Origin: Laetmonice hystrix
Taxonomy: Eukaryota
Length of the DNA stretch: 64,000 nucleotides
Assembly (NCBI GenBank): GCA_965235115.1
Contig: OZ249446.1
Location: 16,864,001 to 16,928,000, forward strand
Reading direction: 5' to 3'
This document shows positions 63,092-64,000 of the stretch, one piece after another. Position 1 is the stretch's first letter. Each line of letters starts with the position of its first letter. Made by a program: the position numbers and the translations under genes. The notes below the pieces were generated by a model that worked only from the letters and a program-made list of their open reading frames with translations, did not search any database and had not been told where the DNA came from.

Positions 63092-63358
63092 CTGTCAATT
63101 TATAAAACTTTAAAATTTATAACATTGAAAAAGGAAATCTTTCTTAGCTTCAACATGTACATCATCACATACAGGGCTATTTCTCTAACCCACCTATTGT
63201 AATGTTTGAAAGGAACAAGAATAATCAATCAACTAAACCAGAGAAGCAACATGTCAATTGTACCAATTACGTTATCATCTCCTTTGGCACAATTAAATAT
63301 AATTGCGAACAGTCTTCATCAACATCAGAAATATGACTGAATGCAGTTAACTACTCAC

Positions 63359-63523
63359 GTCATAACTCTCTAGTTCTATGAGAATCTTGGCTGCGTTCAC
63401 ACGGGCGGGATAGCTGAGACTACAGGTAAAAACTGGGTCTACATCTCCTCCCTCGGAACGATCTGCCTCCTCCATCTTGGGTAACCATAGCGACACACCC
63501 TTCTCAATCATCTCCTTTGCTTT
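63359..63523 (-). CDS. ACL4: ACL4-like TPR protein exon
   Basis: KAKEMIEKGVSLWLP...SYPARVNAAKILIELESYD; phase 0-0. Confidence 0.85.
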
Positions 63524-63847
63524 CTGAATGGAGAAATCAAATTAATTCAACAAATTCAATTTATTAGATCCCACACAGTATAATTTGTGGGAGGGCAACA
63601 CCAAAAATACAAGGACTTTTTATTTCTTCTATCCTTCCAAAGGGTAGGGAATATCTTGTTCAAAATTTCAGGAAAAAAATAATTGGATAGGAGAATGGGG
63701 GAATGCCAAACCATGGTCAGCCAAACGTAACAACTTCACTGAGCCTTGTTCAATCAAAGCAGTCGGGCAAAGATTTGGTCAAAAGTTGGTGATACCATCA
63801 ATATCAAAGTTAGGGGTACCGTACGGGTACGTTGACTGCCATCTCAC

Positions 63848-63971
63848 CTCCTTGTCATCCTGGGAGAGAAGAAAGCTGGCCATGAGCTGGAAGGCCTCTG
63901 GGTTCCCGGAGTCAGACTGGATGGCATTCTCCAGGCACCCGCGACATGCCTCCTCCGCCTCGGAGGACATA
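63848..63971 (-). CDS. ACL4: ACL4-like (assembly chaperone of Rpl4) TPR protein exon; gene continues beyond the window
   Basis: (C)MSSEAEEACRGCLENAIQSDSGNPEAFQLMASFLLSQ matches the Acl4-family pattern C...AE..C......A...D..NPE..Q..AS..ISQ. Confidence 0.82.
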
Positions 63972-64000
63972 CTGCAGCAATCAAAATCCACCATCAGACC

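Overview
Eukaryotic (intron-rich, repeat-rich, probably marine invertebrate) genomic DNA. Host genes: TMEM198 (+, four coding exons 6616-14681, first coding exon not found in the window), an intronless class A peptide-type GPCR (+, 55977-57584), and the 3' six exons of an ACL4-like TPR protein (-, 62300-63971). The main feature is a U2 snRNA gene (-) split in its branch-point recognition sequence by an intact, full-length ~7 kb Tx1/L1-clade non-LTR retrotransposon (ORF1 zinc knuckle, ORF2 APE-RT-CCHC, polyA tail). This matches the known U2-targeting Keno type. The copy has several odd traits: a target deletion instead of a TSD, a duplicated ORF2 start, and a structured GC-rich 3' element. The rest is decayed tyrosine-recombinase retroelements, LINE remnants, a THAP/Kolobok-like remnant, Academ-like and ISL2EU-like fragments, many MITEs, minisatellites and one assembly gap. 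All family assignments come from motifs recognised by eye; no searches were run.
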